Below, piece after piece: positions 41,460 through 58,001 of a stretch of 64,000 nt of DNA; position 1 is the first letter of the stretch; each line of letters starts with the position of its first letter. A program made the position numbers and the translations under genes. Origin of the DNA: Octopus vulgaris (Eukaryota); NCBI GenBank assembly GCA_951406725.2, contig OX597831.1:38812001-38876000 (forward strand), given 5' to 3'. The notes under the pieces are model-generated. The model had not been told where the DNA came from and did not search any database. It saw only the letters and a list, made by a program, of their open reading frames with translations.

Positions 41460-42993
41460 AAAATAAATGAATCGAAATGGCTTTTCTGATAAATTTCTCC
41501 TCTTTGATAATTAGATGTTTACAAGTTTGCAAGATATTAGAGTTTATTACTCACTATTTTAAATATGTAAACTCCTAGTCACGAGGAGCACTTAAGTAGT
41601 TATCGACAGGTCATCGCCAGAATTGCTACAAATATTTCTACCAATACTGGTGCTGACTAGTACGTTTAGTCACTTTACTGATGTCTATACTTTTGCCTTT
41701 CGGTTGTAAATTGCGAAAAAGTTACTTTAATAAAATATGTGTGTGTGTGTTTCAGAACGAAGCTCTCATTCCTTCACTAGACTAAAAGTCTCAACAATAG
41801 TTGAAATGTTCTTTTGACATAGAGGTGATGCCTATGTTGTTGGAATGGAGTGGTCATTTGGATCGATCTTACTACGTGTAGGTTATATTTCTATCTTGTC
41901 TTGTAAAGATAAATGACAAAGCCGGCCCACGTAAGATTTGAATTTCTGCCACCTTGCTCACTTCCTTCAATCGTTTTGCGTTTCATTATATGAACAAGAA
42001 TGTGTGTAGAGACAAGATAGGAATGATACATAAATGTATAAAGCAGATGATATCGATATGATAATATTTCTATTGCTAAAATTTCTAAGGATTATATTAC
42101 CATAGATTTTAATATATAAGCATTTGTTAACGCTTCTTCTCCCTGTGGGGTTGCAACAACTTGATTTTCTTCTATAAACGCAAATACATCAATACACATC
42201 TTCTCCAATGGTAAATGCTCTTGCTTATTGAGCTTACGTGCCTTCATTATCTCCGGTGTTAATCTGTATCTTCAATACTTGGGCCCTGAAAATATTTCCT
42301 TTAAATTATACAATTTAGTTTACTAATCATCATTGCATATTTTTTGCGAACTACATCTAAAGAATGTATCAAAATTGCTAAAACAAAAAGACCATATTCA
42401 CAAGCGTGGACACAGTTTATCAAGAAAAGAAATTTAATCCCTCCACAGTTTATCGTGAAACACAGACAGTTGTGCTGTACATTTTGTCCATATTAAATCA
42501 CTATCAAAATATTAGCCTTCTCACACAGCTCAGACACATAAAATTACATTCACAGAAAAATAGTCCCAATATCAAATCCCACACTAAATCCAAATGCTAT
42601 GCTGGGATTCACGCACTAAAAGTAACTCTAAGTAAACTTCATATGTCTTGTACAAGTCTGCCCCATTCTACTGGGGCAAACAGCGGCAGTGGGCATATAG
42701 ATAAAAGACTAGGTAGTAGAGTGTAAGAAAATCCGATTAATAGTTTAAGAAAGCGAGTGTAAAACAATGAAGGCAATGATTATGACAATGCTCATAAACA
42801 CAAGAAATATAAATCAAACGCTGAACACATCTAATTTTTTGTGAAAAGCTTCAGGCTAGAAATTTATTTGGAGAAGTGGTCTTGACCACCTGCGTTAGCT
42901 GGTACAAGATATTTGCAAACTTAGTTGTACCAAACACTGGCAGTGCCATAATAACATATACACATAGCTGTGTGTGTGCTTATGTAGATATGC

Positions 42994-43720
<727 letters not shown>

Positions 43721-43876
43721 CAACTTAGTGTTGCTTATAGGAAAAAAGTACTCAATACCATGGTAGAGATTAATAATATATTCTATTTTGTTCGAGACAG
43801 TCCCTTGCTACTTTGAGATTCATGTGTGCATATGATTTTCAGGCAATTTATGCCCAGTCATAATCTTCAGAACATA

Positions 43877-43926
<50 letters not shown>

Positions 43927-44013
43927 TCGTTTGTCGAAAACATAAATCTGAAGAAGCACACTCTAAGATGTAGAGCAGTGTATGTATATTTCAAAGGAGA
44001 AGGCCGTCTTATG

Positions 44014-44072
44014 GGATTACCCTGGGTTTCCCGTCCATAAAGTGTTTAACTTTATGGCGCATCGTCAGACAC
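44014..44072 (-). ncRNA. Type I hammerhead motif, weak stem I
   Basis: Minus strand reads gtgt-CTGACGA-tgCGCCATAAAGttaaacaCTTTATGGaCGg-GAAA-CCCaGGG-T-A-atcc. Confidence 0.6.
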
Positions 44073-45474
44073 TAATATATATTGTGAAATAGCAATGAAG
44101 TTGGTCTCCCAGTGTATTTGTATAGACTCGCACCCATAGCAATTGAGTAGTTGTTTTCCTAAAACTGTCATAATATTAAAACATTTTAACACATGCATAA
44201 ACACACGCACACGTACACATTTATTGTACATACCAAGGGCTTGTATTAATGTGATGGTTCATCCCTGTATTAGGGATATTCATAGACGGAAAACAAGGCC
44301 TGGCTGATCAGAATTCAATACGGAAATTTGAAAATTTCGAGGTGAAAACATCCGCGGTGAAAACATTCGATGTGAAAACAATTTACTGCCTTTGTAGGGT
44401 TAACTTAGCAAATCCTGATTGTTTCGTGGGGAAATATATGGGCCCAGTGTGAAGGTTTTCGCATCACAAATGAAAGGCCTGAGTTCGATTCTCTGCTGCG
44501 CGTTTTGTCCTTGAGCAAGATACTTTATTCTACGTAAATCCAGTCTACTCAGCTGGCAAAAAATAATTGTGTCTGTGTTTCAAGGGGCCAGCCTTCTCAC
44601 ATCATGTCTCACGCTGAACCTCCTTGAGAACTGCGTTAAAGGTACATGTGTCTATGGAGACCTCAGCCTCTGGAAAGTAAGGCTGTTGCGTTGATCGGAT
44701 CAAGTGGAAAAACATGTCGTCGAAATTGGTGGAGTGCCAGGTTGTATATGGGCCCAGCAGTCACATTGATTTACAAAACGCATACATGCTTTCAGGTACT
44801 AAAACAGAGAAATCTCAACTTCCCTGCAAGGAGTCTTTAGATATTTGGGGCCCAAATGAACGACTTTAATAGTACATAGAGCTCCTTCCGTATGGTACCC
44901 TTCGTAATCATCCGAAGCTCGTAGATGCAAGACATGCTCCCCCAAGACTCTACATATATTTCAAGAGACCGATCTGATCTATCAACTGCAAAAACCAATT
45001 TATCAGATCGCTACTATCGAGAACCGCGCACACATACAGTTGTGCGTGTATGTGTGTGTGTGTGTGTGTGTATACGTCAATTATCACACAAATATAATAT
45101 AAATATGTATGCATATTCATAAATGTGTGATGTCTTAATGCCACACCTGCTTTGAAATGACCACATCTAGTAGTACAATCCTTCTTCAGGAAGGATAGAT
45201 GCGAAATTTAACGCTCAGGGCAGTTTTTCCGTTTTCGCTGGTTTCCTTTTGCGCTTATCTGATAAAGTACCTAAGTACAGCATCTAGTAAATTCATGGGC
45301 TTCGGCTATTGCTCTGTTCTTTATAGAATTTAGTGAAGAAGGAAACTGCGGCAATAATGCGTAATATTCTTTAGGTTGTTCAAGACCGATGTAGTGAAGA
45401 AATTAACAATTGCAAGACCTGCTCTAATTGGCGACACCACATCGACTCTCGGTAAAGTTTTTTTGTTTTTGTTT

Positions 45475-45820
45475 TTCTATTCTAGGTACAAGGCCCGAAA
45501 TGTTGGGGGAGGAAACCAGTCGATTATATCGACACTAGTACGTAACTGGTACTTAATTCATCAATCCCGAAAAGATGAAAGGTAAAGTTAACCTCGGCGG
45601 AATTTGAACTCAGAACGTAAAGACAGGCGAAATACCTATTTCTTTACTACCCACAAGGGGCTAAACACAGAGAGAACAAACAAGGACAGACAAACGGATT
45701 AAGTCGATTATATCGACCCCAGTGTGTGACTGGTACTTAATTTATCGACCCCGAAACGGTGAAAGGCAAAGTCGAACCCGGCGGAATTTGAACTCAGAAC
45801 GCAGCGGCAGACGAAATACA
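45475..45820 (-). mobile_element. Dimeric dominant SINE
   Basis: Two cores with the same linker as at 22351 and 555. Confidence 0.85.
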
Positions 45821-46973
45821 TTCTGAATGTAAAGAACTGGAAAAAAAACTTTGCAAGAATCGTCACCTGGCTTTCTTCCAATTACTCCAATCTACTGTCT
45901 TGGAATAGGTTGTTATTCTATGACCAAGAATTGATGAAAACTAAGATTGTTTCGGCTACATTTGAAGACAGAACAGAGGTAGCTGAAACTTAAAGCGAAA
46001 GATGCCCTATACTACGATCTGATGGTTCTTCCAAATTGATAGGTACGCACTATTCGAAAGAAGACCTCGACGATTATGGTTTGAATACATCCGATCATTG
46101 TTATGTTCAGTCTGGACTGACAGTTATATTAAATCGGCTAAATTAGCATCAACATTAGGCCTTGTTTTTTTTTATTTAGAGAGAACATTTTGTTCTTAAC
46201 ACTATAGATTATAAAGCGAAAATGTTATTCATTCCGTACGCACGGCCAAAAAATCCTTTGCTTTGTTGTCGTCTGTCTGTTCATGCAATACCTACGTGTA
46301 TCAGTTAAACAGACGCTCTGAAATGTCGTGACTTATTACTCAATGGAAAAGACCTATAACAAGAAGTGTAACTAAACTTCTGTTAATCAGTTGATGCTAT
46401 AATACTTTACTGTTTTGAATTCTGACGCCATGGTGAAGCATGTCTACGTTTTCAACAGACCTACTTCACTAAATTAGCAGGATCTCCCCAATGCAAATCA
46501 TAGAAGATATACCATTTGGTACTCTAGTAATAGATAAAATGAAAATGTAATGGAATGATCACGGTAGGAAGGCCTTTGATCATACACTGGTTCTGAGTAA
46601 TAGTATGATTGTAAAATATACTCCCATACATTAATTAATGCATAATAATTTTACAAATGTATAATTTTTATATGAATATCGTTTTCCCAATGTTTTAATT
46701 ATTACAATATATCCTTCTGCTGAGCGCCTGTTTTTTTTTTTAGAACTATATTTAGCAGACAAACATATAAAGAATGATATTCTTAAGATAACGAAACAAA
46801 TAATACGTTTCCTTTCCTTTCTTATTGTAAAAATGTTATATTTAAGATCAAAATACAGCGATAGGAAAATGTTCTCCTCCAATATTTACCCAAAAATATA
46901 TATCGATATCAGAACTTCTATCAAAGTAAAAGAATGACACTAAATACTTTTTCCTACGTTTTCCTTTTTTATG

Positions 46974-47054
<81 letters not shown>

Positions 47055-47778
47055 ATATATATATGTATATATACATATATAGATATATACATATGTATAT
47101 ATGTGTGTGTGTGTACATACAAGCATGTGTGTGTGTGTATGTGTGCAAAGAAAATCTTTTGACCACATTTATCGGCATCAAAAAAAAACTATTTACAAAC
47201 TATATTATTGCAAATTACTATAAGTTTACAACAGTAGAATAAACCATCAAACAAACAAACAAACAAACAAAATATTGTTATATTGTTAATATTTAAGTTT
47301 ACTTTCACAGTAAAAATGGTTATACAAAAGAGTCGACTTTTGAATAGTTTTGTTTGTGAAACCCTAGTTTCAATTCCCTTTGGAAGATTTTTTTCTGTTA
47401 ATCACTGCTGTACAAGCTGGCTGGCATGTGATATGTTTATTCAGATGTGAAAAAAATGCTTTTGCATGAGTTTGTTCAGCGATGGAGAAAATTTATATCT
47501 AGGCAGCTACTCTGCAACATTTTGACAGATTGAGATCAGGGCCCAATGGCATGAAATCAAAGACTAGTACAGGCTCTTCTCGGCAGTATAGAGACCTCAC
47601 CTCCTGCTTTCCTTCACTACCAACCCGCCTTCTTCTTCGTGTGATAACTGCATCATCTTCCAACTGTCTGTTCATCCATTGAGAACCACTTTTCATATAT
47701 AAACATGAACTGTGAGCAAGAAATAATAGATATATGCATATATGATATGCACACATACACACGCGCACAGGCACACAG

Positions 47779-47837
<59 letters not shown>

Positions 47838-48013
47838 TAGATATCTATCATTTATATCATATATGCATATATATATAAGCATGTTATGTACATAGATATA
47901 GATAGATAGGGACGTAGATAGACAGACAGATAGACAGATAAATATATAGATAGATAGATACATAGACAGACAGATAGACAGATATATAGATAGATAGACA
48001 AATAGATAGATAG

Positions 48014-48060
<47 letters not shown>

Positions 48061-48417
48061 TAGGTAGACAGATAGATAAATTAGAGGTATATATACATAT
48101 ACACAATTCAACACACAGATATCCTGGTATATATACGCACCTCGTCATGTATGTCTGAGTACAAATATGTTTATGTGAAATTAATTTTATACACTAACTC
48201 ATGCACATTTACCAATACACCCATATGTATACACACACGCTTGTAAGATACACTTATATATGTGTGTGTGTGTCTATATATATATACATATATAAATGCA
48301 CTTATATTTGTGTGCATGTATCTATTTATCATCTATATGTGCGTATATGTATATACATACATACACACACACACATTTATATATATATATATGGATAGAT
48401 AGATATGTAGATATATC

Positions 48418-48495
<78 letters not shown>

Positions 48496-48573
48496 CGGAC
48501 AGACAGACAGATAGACAGACTTACGGACTGTTTTAGCGAATGAGTGAGTAATTGAGAGATGGAGAAACTGACT

Positions 48574-48647
<74 letters not shown>

Positions 48648-49496
48648 AGAGAGAGATCAATATAGATAGATGGAACGCCTATTGTACTTGCATATTTCAT
48701 TTATACGCATACAAGAGCATATATATATCAAACATATCTGATACATCCATCCATCTATGATAACGCTAGCAGTTGAATTTAAATTTTGCTGATATATTTC
48801 ATGGTGGCAGCTTGAGTATTCACATTGCTGTTAAAATATTAGTTTTCCGAATGATATTTTTGATTCATCGTGGGGATTATGAAGCGCAAGATATAACAAT
48901 CACGTCACTTCACGGAGACGTCACTCTATCAAAACTTTGAACTCTGATGTGTGTGTGTGTGTATGTATGTGTGTGTGTGTATATATCTGTGTGTGTGTGT
49001 GTGTGTTTGTTAGAAAAATATCTGAAACATATGAATGAGTCTGTTGGGGCTTTGCTTAGACATTTGAAACAAATTTAGAGGAAAGAATTTCCAAAACTAA
49101 ACAACATTGCAAACAAAACTAAGATACGCCAAATAAAGATACAAGAAGCATCAACGAAATCAATATAATGATAACATTATCGTCGGCAATATGGTACAGG
49201 CGCGTAAATATATATATAACGGGAAATAACTTAGAAATTCAGTCAATAAAATATAGTCATAATCATCATCATCAGCATCATAAAGTGTTTTCTTTCAATT
49301 TTGTTTTTATTTCTTGCTGAGTGACTTCCCAGCACCTAGGGCAAAGAAACACGCTGTATACATTGAAAGCGATTAAAATAAACACACTAGATTATTCATG
49401 AAAAGAATAGTGATTCTTTACACATCGTGTATGTATCAGTCAAAACAATCTTTTACGCATCTTGCTGGGACGGTAAGCCAGGGATCATTCTCAGTA

Positions 49497-49810
49497 TTGG
49501 GTTGTCCGGAGAGTTCATGCCGATTTTTAAAGGAAAGAAAAAGGTCAATAAATACTTGCCATTAGATTTTTAATCAACCAAATAGGAACCATTTTGTTGC
49601 ACAATACGTCTCCACCTTTCCTTCAACTTGAAAATACCCTCTTCCCAGAATTGAGGTGGTTTCATAGCAACGAATTCATCAAGGTATCTTTTTATGACAT
49701 CCAAGGAATTGTAATTTTTACCATTAAGACTATTCCGCAGAGACCTGAATATGTGGAAATCCGAAGGAGCAATATCTGATGAATATGGAGGGTGGGGTAA
49801 CACAACAACC
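49497..49810 (-). mobile_element. mariner transposon 3' fragment with TIR
   Basis: LPHPPYSSDIAPSDFHIFRSL (YSPDLAPxD motif) and TA|ttgggttgtccgga terminus. Confidence 0.92.
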
Positions 49811-50199
49811 ACGACAATATTATTATGGTTGTCATTATTATTGAGTGAGAGAGACGTGCATGCAAAATGTCCATGAATAAGGGTTGTTTAAGGATGTTGA
49901 ACGGAACACCCATGTTTTCAGAGGTGAACTATTCTAAGCCCAAAGACTTCCTCACAACACATGGCTATGATGCTCCCCCACTACTTCTGCTCGTGATCAG
50001 AGATGCACATATCGTCAGCCACTAAGGGACATGGCCAACTGGCTGAGGTCAAACAACTGACGAGCAAATCTGTGGTATTCAGCAGAATATTTGCTGTAGC
50101 TCATATTTTATACCAAGACAAATGAATGTACATGATAACGCTTCCAATTAGTGAAGATCAGAAGCCATGAGAACCACTGCCTGGTACTGCATCAGGGCA

Positions 50200-50231
<32 letters not shown>

Positions 50232-50730
50232 GCTTTTGCAAAGCTTCTAACGCTGGAGATGTACTACGGTGTCAGATGTTCATTAGCAGTGAACTAAGGT
50301 AACACCTCTTATTTTTCGAGCACCTTACGGAGTTCGAGCCGTTCCAAGCAGTGCTATTTTAAGCAAGTGCTCCACCCTTATTGCAGTCCCTATTCGTTCC
50401 ACGTACTTCTCAAGATTTTTACACACTGTTCCCATGGCCCGCCAATTATTGGTACTACTACAACCTTTCATCGAGCACAACTGCTTAAACTTCCAAAATA
50501 ACCTCTCATATCTGTACTTTTCTTTCTTCCTTATCGCATGCCTTATTGTCAGCTGAGCATGCTATATATATGATCAGCATCATTTGCTTTCTTTCTCAAT
50601 CAGCACTATACCTGACTTCCTATTCTCTAGCCCATGGTCGCACTAAATCATAAAATCCCATAGGATCTTTGCATTATCATTTGCAATGATGCCTTCGGGT
50701 TTAAGTTCGTACCAATTTTTTGATCTGTCA
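50232..50730 (-). mobile_element. R4/Dong-like (restriction-like endonuclease) non-LTR 3' fragment
   Basis: NDNAKILWDFMI, ENRKSGIVLIEKE (decayed RKPD), VVPII and ALLGTARTPxGA motifs. The 3' end abuts (TTA)n. Confidence 0.7.
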
Positions 50731-50749
50731 AGTACATATTAGTTGCAAA

Positions 50750-51152
<403 letters not shown>

Positions 51153-51170
51153 AGTTATCATTATTATTAT

Positions 51171-51950
51171 TACTAGCAGAAAAACCGCTCTTTCACATTT
51201 GATTCCCAATTCTAATAATTTTTATATTTTACGTTAAATTATTTCGTTGTGCAACAGAGCTCATTTACTTATTAAATATTACTTTCATTATTTTATCACA
51301 GTATTAATCACTCTTTTTTAAACAAACATCAAGGTAGTTCAACTATGTAAGGGGGCCGTTTATCAAGTTTCACTTTTCCCTCAAAGCAACATAGAAATTT
51401 CAGTTCAGCAGCCCATGTGTGAGCTTTGCAGTATGAACCAACGTTGTCAAAGAGACTCCTTGCAGTATGTGGCTGTACAATAGACTGGATAGCATGTTCT
51501 TGAAAATTATCGAAACTGGCTTTCATTGCTGATCATTTAACATAATTTTTCCTAGTTTGGAAATGCTTTCGTCTGTACTCCTGCTGTAAATATTCGGTTT
51601 TGTCTCTTAGCATCCTGTTTGTTGGTACTGGTGTTTCTGTTTCTATCTCACTTATGTTTCAAAGGCTTCCCATTTGATACTGATTATCAATTGACAGCTG
51701 AAGAGTCACAGACGGTGAAAGCTGGCTGAGTGACTTATTCTCCTCTCGAGATACTCTAACCAGCCGGTCATGTGTAGCGGAAATACAATCATCTCTACTT
51801 CTATGCGCATATTCAAACATTTGTTTCAATCGCTTAGCCCTGGCTTTATCTGATTCATTTGCCCGTCTTTCTCTCTGCCGTTGTGCCTTTGATGCTCAGT
51901 GTTTTTTTCTCAATTGCATATTTTTTTCAACACCCCATGTTGAATTGCAA
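51171..51950 (-). mobile_element. Helitron-derived fragment
   Basis: YCKAHTWAAELKFLCCFEGKVKL resembles the Helitron N-terminal CCxxGKVxL motif, with a tactag terminus at about 51171. Confidence 0.5.
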
Positions 51951-52863
51951 AATTCTAATGTGATATTTGTGTAATAGCGAAGCAAAACCGGAAGTGTGTG
52001 TTTATATTACTGAGACAGTGCATGCTTATATTAGATAGTGTGTGCGTGAGAGATATGGAGAGAGAACGTTGTAAACAATGAATGAAATAAATATGAAATG
52101 AAAAAGTCGTATAAATAAAAGCTAGTTAAAATCCATCTTTTACCGAATATTTAAATTTGTGAACTTCAAATATACAATGGTAAAAGGAAGTTCAGAAAGT
52201 AAATTTTCTTGAAAACCTCAATTTATAAACACTCTCACTTGCTTAGTAAATATTTCTTTCAGCAATTTATCATAGTTGTAACATATCTCTAATTTAGACA
52301 AACGTCAGGGTAACCCTACTGTGTTTATCATACTAGAAATAGCAGCGATCACATAGTTATTATTTTAAGGCTTATAGCGTTCCAAACAGTTATACCAACA
52401 AAATCACTTCTTAATTTTTTTAATATTACGCATATATGATGAACTGTGGGTTTTCAAACAGCGAATCAAAACTTGAAATGAAAACATTGAAATGAATATA
52501 TATTAAATTATCATTTAGAGCAATAGAGGTGAGAAAGAGTGACAGATTTTTACAAATGAAAACTGAAATATTTGTGTGCAACGAATTAATATTCTTTATT
52601 AAACATTAAAATCTAATTCGCAATGCATACAGCGAATATTTAAATTTGTGAGAAGTTGTAGTTCGGATATTCAATAAACAACAGAAATCGAAATTACAAG
52701 TAATTACAAGTAATTACAAGTAATTTCTTATAAAAAAATTTCCAGATGATCAAGCCTTTAATAATTGCTTTCTTTTAGTAACTGTAACTACCTAATTAAT
52801 AAGCTGCTTTCTCGATTATAGAGTATTAATTTTATTATTATCTTCATGATCATCATAATCATG

Positions 52864-52905
<42 letters not shown>

Positions 52906-53643
52906 ATCATCATCATTATTATGTTTATTATTATTATACCCATTATTATCACCATCATCATCATCATTATCATCATCATTATTATTATTATTGTTATTAT
53001 TATGGTTGTGGTAGTGTTGGTTGTTGTTCTCGTTGTTATTGACAGGACATCAGACTTTGATCTTGCCTCGTTTTCACATGATGCGTGTGTAGTTACATGA
53101 ACAATTAAATTGGAAATATATATTGGTTTACTAAAGAAATATTCTAAGATAAAATATGTGTGATATATTTTCAACATAAAAGCAAAAGCAGGTGTGAAGT
53201 TGTCTATAAGAGGAAAAACAGAAAATTAAAAAGCAATTTCAACCTTATAAGATCGCTAAAAATTCAAACATTATTTACTAGCATATAAGTATTGGATAGA
53301 AAAAAAATTTGGAAGTTAGAAATATTATATATTTGTATATTTACAGAGATGCCCGAATTGATGCTTTGTGGAGAAAGACGAGGATAATATTATACACACC
53401 AGAACATGGACGGGTGTATGTGGGTAAATGTAAATAAATATAGGTGTTTCTCTAGGTATAAAACCATCCTCTTAAAAACCGAACTATAAAGTCAACGGGA
53501 AACTTTCCTACATACACAGTCTTATCACTCAGTCCAATAGTGTTTAAAGACTTGATAGTTTGTATGGATACACATATCCATACAAATAAATTTATACATA
53601 CATGCACAAACACACATGTACACATATATGTTCATAGAGAAAC

Positions 53644-53695
<52 letters not shown>

Positions 53696-54240
53696 AGATA
53701 GCCATGCAATCAAATCCTACACATTTTGGCTAATCCGGAGATTTCCTCTCCGTAGTTGGCAGAGAGAAACAAATCTGTCAAACGAGCGATCTATATTACA
53801 CTTTTATGAAAACTCTGTCAGAGTTAGGTCAGTCATGTCTGATCGCAAAACAGCGCGGTTAAATTATAGAGTACAAAACCATGAGCAAACACACATATAC
53901 ACACAGATAGACACAAGCATGCTAGTCAGTGCACACACACACACATAATTTTATCTAAATTGGTTTGACTAATTTCCATAACACTGAGGGCGAAGAAAAC
54001 GTGATTCAATTAATTAATTAATTCAAGCGTAACACAGCTTTAGGACATAAGTACACACACATACACGCACTCTCTCACACACACACAAGCATACATATAT
54101 ATATATATTCGTGTGCATATATATATATATATGTATGCATATATACATGTATAATATTTATATGTGCCTGTGTGTGTGTCTATATATATACATATATGTA
54201 TACGTATATATATATGTATATATATATAGACACACACACA

Positions 54241-54276
<36 letters not shown>

Positions 54277-54389
54277 GTGAAATAGAAAGATGAATAATCT
54301 TGTAGTAGCCTTTCGAAACACGTGTAGAATGAAATAAAACGATTTCTGTTCAATCTGCGTTCAGCTCCATTTCTTCAATTCACCAATAA

Positions 54390-54425
<36 letters not shown>

Positions 54426-54532
54426 AGATATACCACTGTGAATTCAAAAATTTAAATTTATTAACATAATTTTATATTATAATGTATTCCTATAATAATA
54501 TAATATAATAAATAATAAATATTAAATACAAA

Positions 54533-54885
<353 letters not shown>

Positions 54886-54914
54886 TAGAAATTACATACA
54901 ATTGTTTCGATTCT

Positions 54915-54956
<42 letters not shown>

Positions 54957-55269
54957 CACACGATGGGCGTCTTCCAATTTCCTTCAACCAAATACATCCA
55001 CATAGACTCTGGTTGGCCGATTTATCCGATTAAAAAAAAATTTTTACTCAATGCACAAGGCCCGAAATTTAGTGGGAGGGGGCCAGTCGGTTTGATCGAC
55101 CACAGTACGCAACTGGTACTTAATTTATCGACCCCGAAAGGATGAAGGGCAAAGTCGACCTCGGCGGAATTTGAACTCAGAACGTAAAGACAACGTCTGT
55201 CAGCTCGCCGCCTTATCAGAGTTAAATAACAACTAGAACTAATATAATTAAAATTGATTTGACTTACTG

Positions 55270-55560
55270 ATATGGCTCACTCTTATTTTCTTTCCAGTGT
55301 GTAAGGGGCATTGAGCAGCAAGCTTAGTCGTTTCTAGTTCATCTGCTACACGTCTATTTTCCATCGTGAAACCGGCCCTCATGCAGTTGATTTTCTACTG
55401 GAATATCCGTTTTCAGGCGTTCTGGATCCGGCCCTTTCCACGTTTACCTTCTGCAAGTAGAGTGGTTAGCATTCACAAGCTGAGACCCCTATCAAAACCA
55501 TTGAAACATGCGGCACCATTGTTTTGCTGTACTTTATGTATCCGTAGATAGTTTGAGGAC
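55270..55560 (-). mobile_element. RTE-like LINE 3' fragment
   Basis: Decayed EGKRGKGR motif on the minus strand. Confidence 0.4.
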
Positions 55561-56424
55561 TGGACGGTGAGAGTTAAATATTTCAATTTCACCGTAGTTT
55601 AGTATCGTATAGTGATGTACAAATACATGAATCCTTAAAATTGTCCTAAAATTTGATTTTGAGTTTTATTGCTGCAACGTTCATATTGCTCAAATATCAA
55701 AATATTCTCTTAAACACTTATGTCATTTCAGGTACGTACAACACTGCAACCATAGTAATATGTCATCTAAGATTTATTTCATTCTTGAAAACTTCTGAAG
55801 CCGGAGCGAGCCAGCCGAACATACGTGAAGCAAGTATCGTGGATCGAAATACAATTTCCACTTCTATGAAACGGAACTTTTTCTTTGAAATTTCATATTT
55901 AAATTAAATTATTTCATCATAATTTTGATTTTTAATTTTTGAATATTATCATGCGTTATATTTCAAAGTTATTTTACAAACTACTTTTCATAATTAATTG
56001 AATAATTTTTATAATTATTTGAAGCATAGATCCAATATATTTCATCAGGTATATAATTACTAAATGGTTAAGTAATCAAATTTCAGTTATAATCAGTTTA
56101 CTATCCATATATTACGTAAAGCGGGCGTTGACAGATTCGGTCTGCGGATTTGCTTACTATATATATTAAAATGGAATGGATTACCAATTAACTGAGTAAT
56201 TTAATTATAATAAATAAAATTTAATACATTATTTCATCAATTTTCTAAAATTGCTGTACAAATAAAATTTAGAGTGATTATACATGTACCATTGCAGCAC
56301 GTAGTTTAGTATATTTTGGTAAGTTGTTTCAAGAAAGAAAGCATATTTTTGACTAGTTATGTTAAGGTTGTATATGTATATTCGTATACAGGCATTTGTG
56401 TAAGTGCGCGCGCACATACACAGG

Positions 56425-56480
<56 letters not shown>

Positions 56481-56597
56481 AAAGAGGACAACAAAGTTTA
56501 AGGCAAGACAAACATCTCATATACGTTATTATTATTATTAGAAAAATTATATATCCGCTATATCGAAAAACTACAATAGCCCCATAACTGCCGTCTC

Positions 56598-56695
<98 letters not shown>

Positions 56696-57602
56696 AATGT
56701 GTAAATGCATGTATGTAAGTGTGCAATATCGTGAGTTTGATTCCCAGACCGGTGGCGTGTTGTATTGTTGAGCAAAATACAGTTCATTTCACCTTGCGCC
56801 ACATCGGTTGGCTGTCCATAGGTAAATAGGGAGCTCTCAGACAGACGAGCGTTTCGTCCTGGAGGAAGTGTGGTCTGCCAACTTTGCCAAGGCGACGGTA
56901 TTATATGAAAGCTACAACAACGTAGGGAAGCACATTTTGAATAGCGGTTACATCTTGTAAATTGGTCGATATATGTATATATGTACATATATAGATAAAT
57001 ATATATATATATATATATATTTTTAATAGACATACACACACACACACATATACACATATATATATATATAAACTTATAATTTAGGGTATATAAGAGACAC
57101 CCCCACGCTGGAAATAGCAGCCAAAACCCGACTCTAAAATCAGCGTGGTGGTATCTCTTAGATATCCCAAATTATAATTATAATAATAATTATTAACTTT
57201 GAAGGTTTTTATTCCCATGCTGGCCACCTGATAAGATCGGTATTTAAATAACGATCTTATCCTTATTTATATAAATTTATATATTTATTTCGTCCTTACA
57301 TTTACTGCGGTGGTATAAATAACACTAACAAACAAAATATACACCGCCGGAAGTTCTTGTTGACAAACAACAGCAGTAATTTTATTCAGCTGAATTCACG
57401 TCATTGATTGGTTGAAATTACCGAAATAAGACAAATTTAACGTGAAATAACTTTGTAAATATAAGCTTTTCTCTAAAATGCAAAGAGTAAAAGATGTTTT
57501 ATATGATACACTCTACCAGTGTCTAAAGTTTGAAAGTGTTTAGTTACAAAAATTATTTTTTTAATCTATAGGTCAAAAGCTAAATATCCAACCACCTAAC
57601 TA

Positions 57603-58001
57603 AATCTCAAGAGACTCCTAACAAAGGCGAGATTCGCATTTGAAAAAGAAATGATGAAAGTGACCAACTGTGGAGACCCCTGTTGTGGGGCATGTGAATT
57701 AATTGAGCAATGGACAAACAAAAGGCTCAAGAATGGGAAAGAATAAAAAGTGAATGCAAACGTGAATTGCAAAACAAAAAGCCTCAACTGTTCCTCATGC
57801 TCACGCAGTCGTGTAGATGTGCGTCAACAATAAATTGGGGATTTATCTCTTAGGAATGCCCCATGCAGTGAACATGTAGATATCTTTGCAATTGGAAAAA
57901 TATTCCCATTTTACAAAATGAACGCTGAAAATCTACAACTTTTTAAGGCAAAAGACGAATATTCTATAAGAATTCTAAATCTGAAATTAAGCCGAAAATA
58001 G
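57603..58001 (+). pseudogene. Penelope-like element C-terminus (Zn-binding linker plus GIY-YIG region), decayed
   Basis: Manual translation NLKRLLTKARF..VTNCGDPCCGAC..KNGKE*KVNANVNCKTKSL..RQQ*IGD..RNAPCSEH..IFPFYKM..KAKDEYSIRILNLKLS; the YIG segment appears deleted. Confidence 0.75.

Noticed and set aside
47601-47709. Possible minus-strand exon (ttcttgctcacag acceptor, gtgagg donor)
   Set aside because: No homology recognisable by eye; needs RNA-seq.
52333-52344. ctagaaatagca matches part of the engineered sgRNA scaffold
   Set aside because: Only 12 nt with no flanking scaffold; it is part of the endogenous repeat motif.
54336-54352. GAAACACGTGTA half-hammerhead (similar at about 53808-53830)
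   Set aside because: Palindromic stem III is present but there is no CTGANGA or stem I; too degenerate to call.
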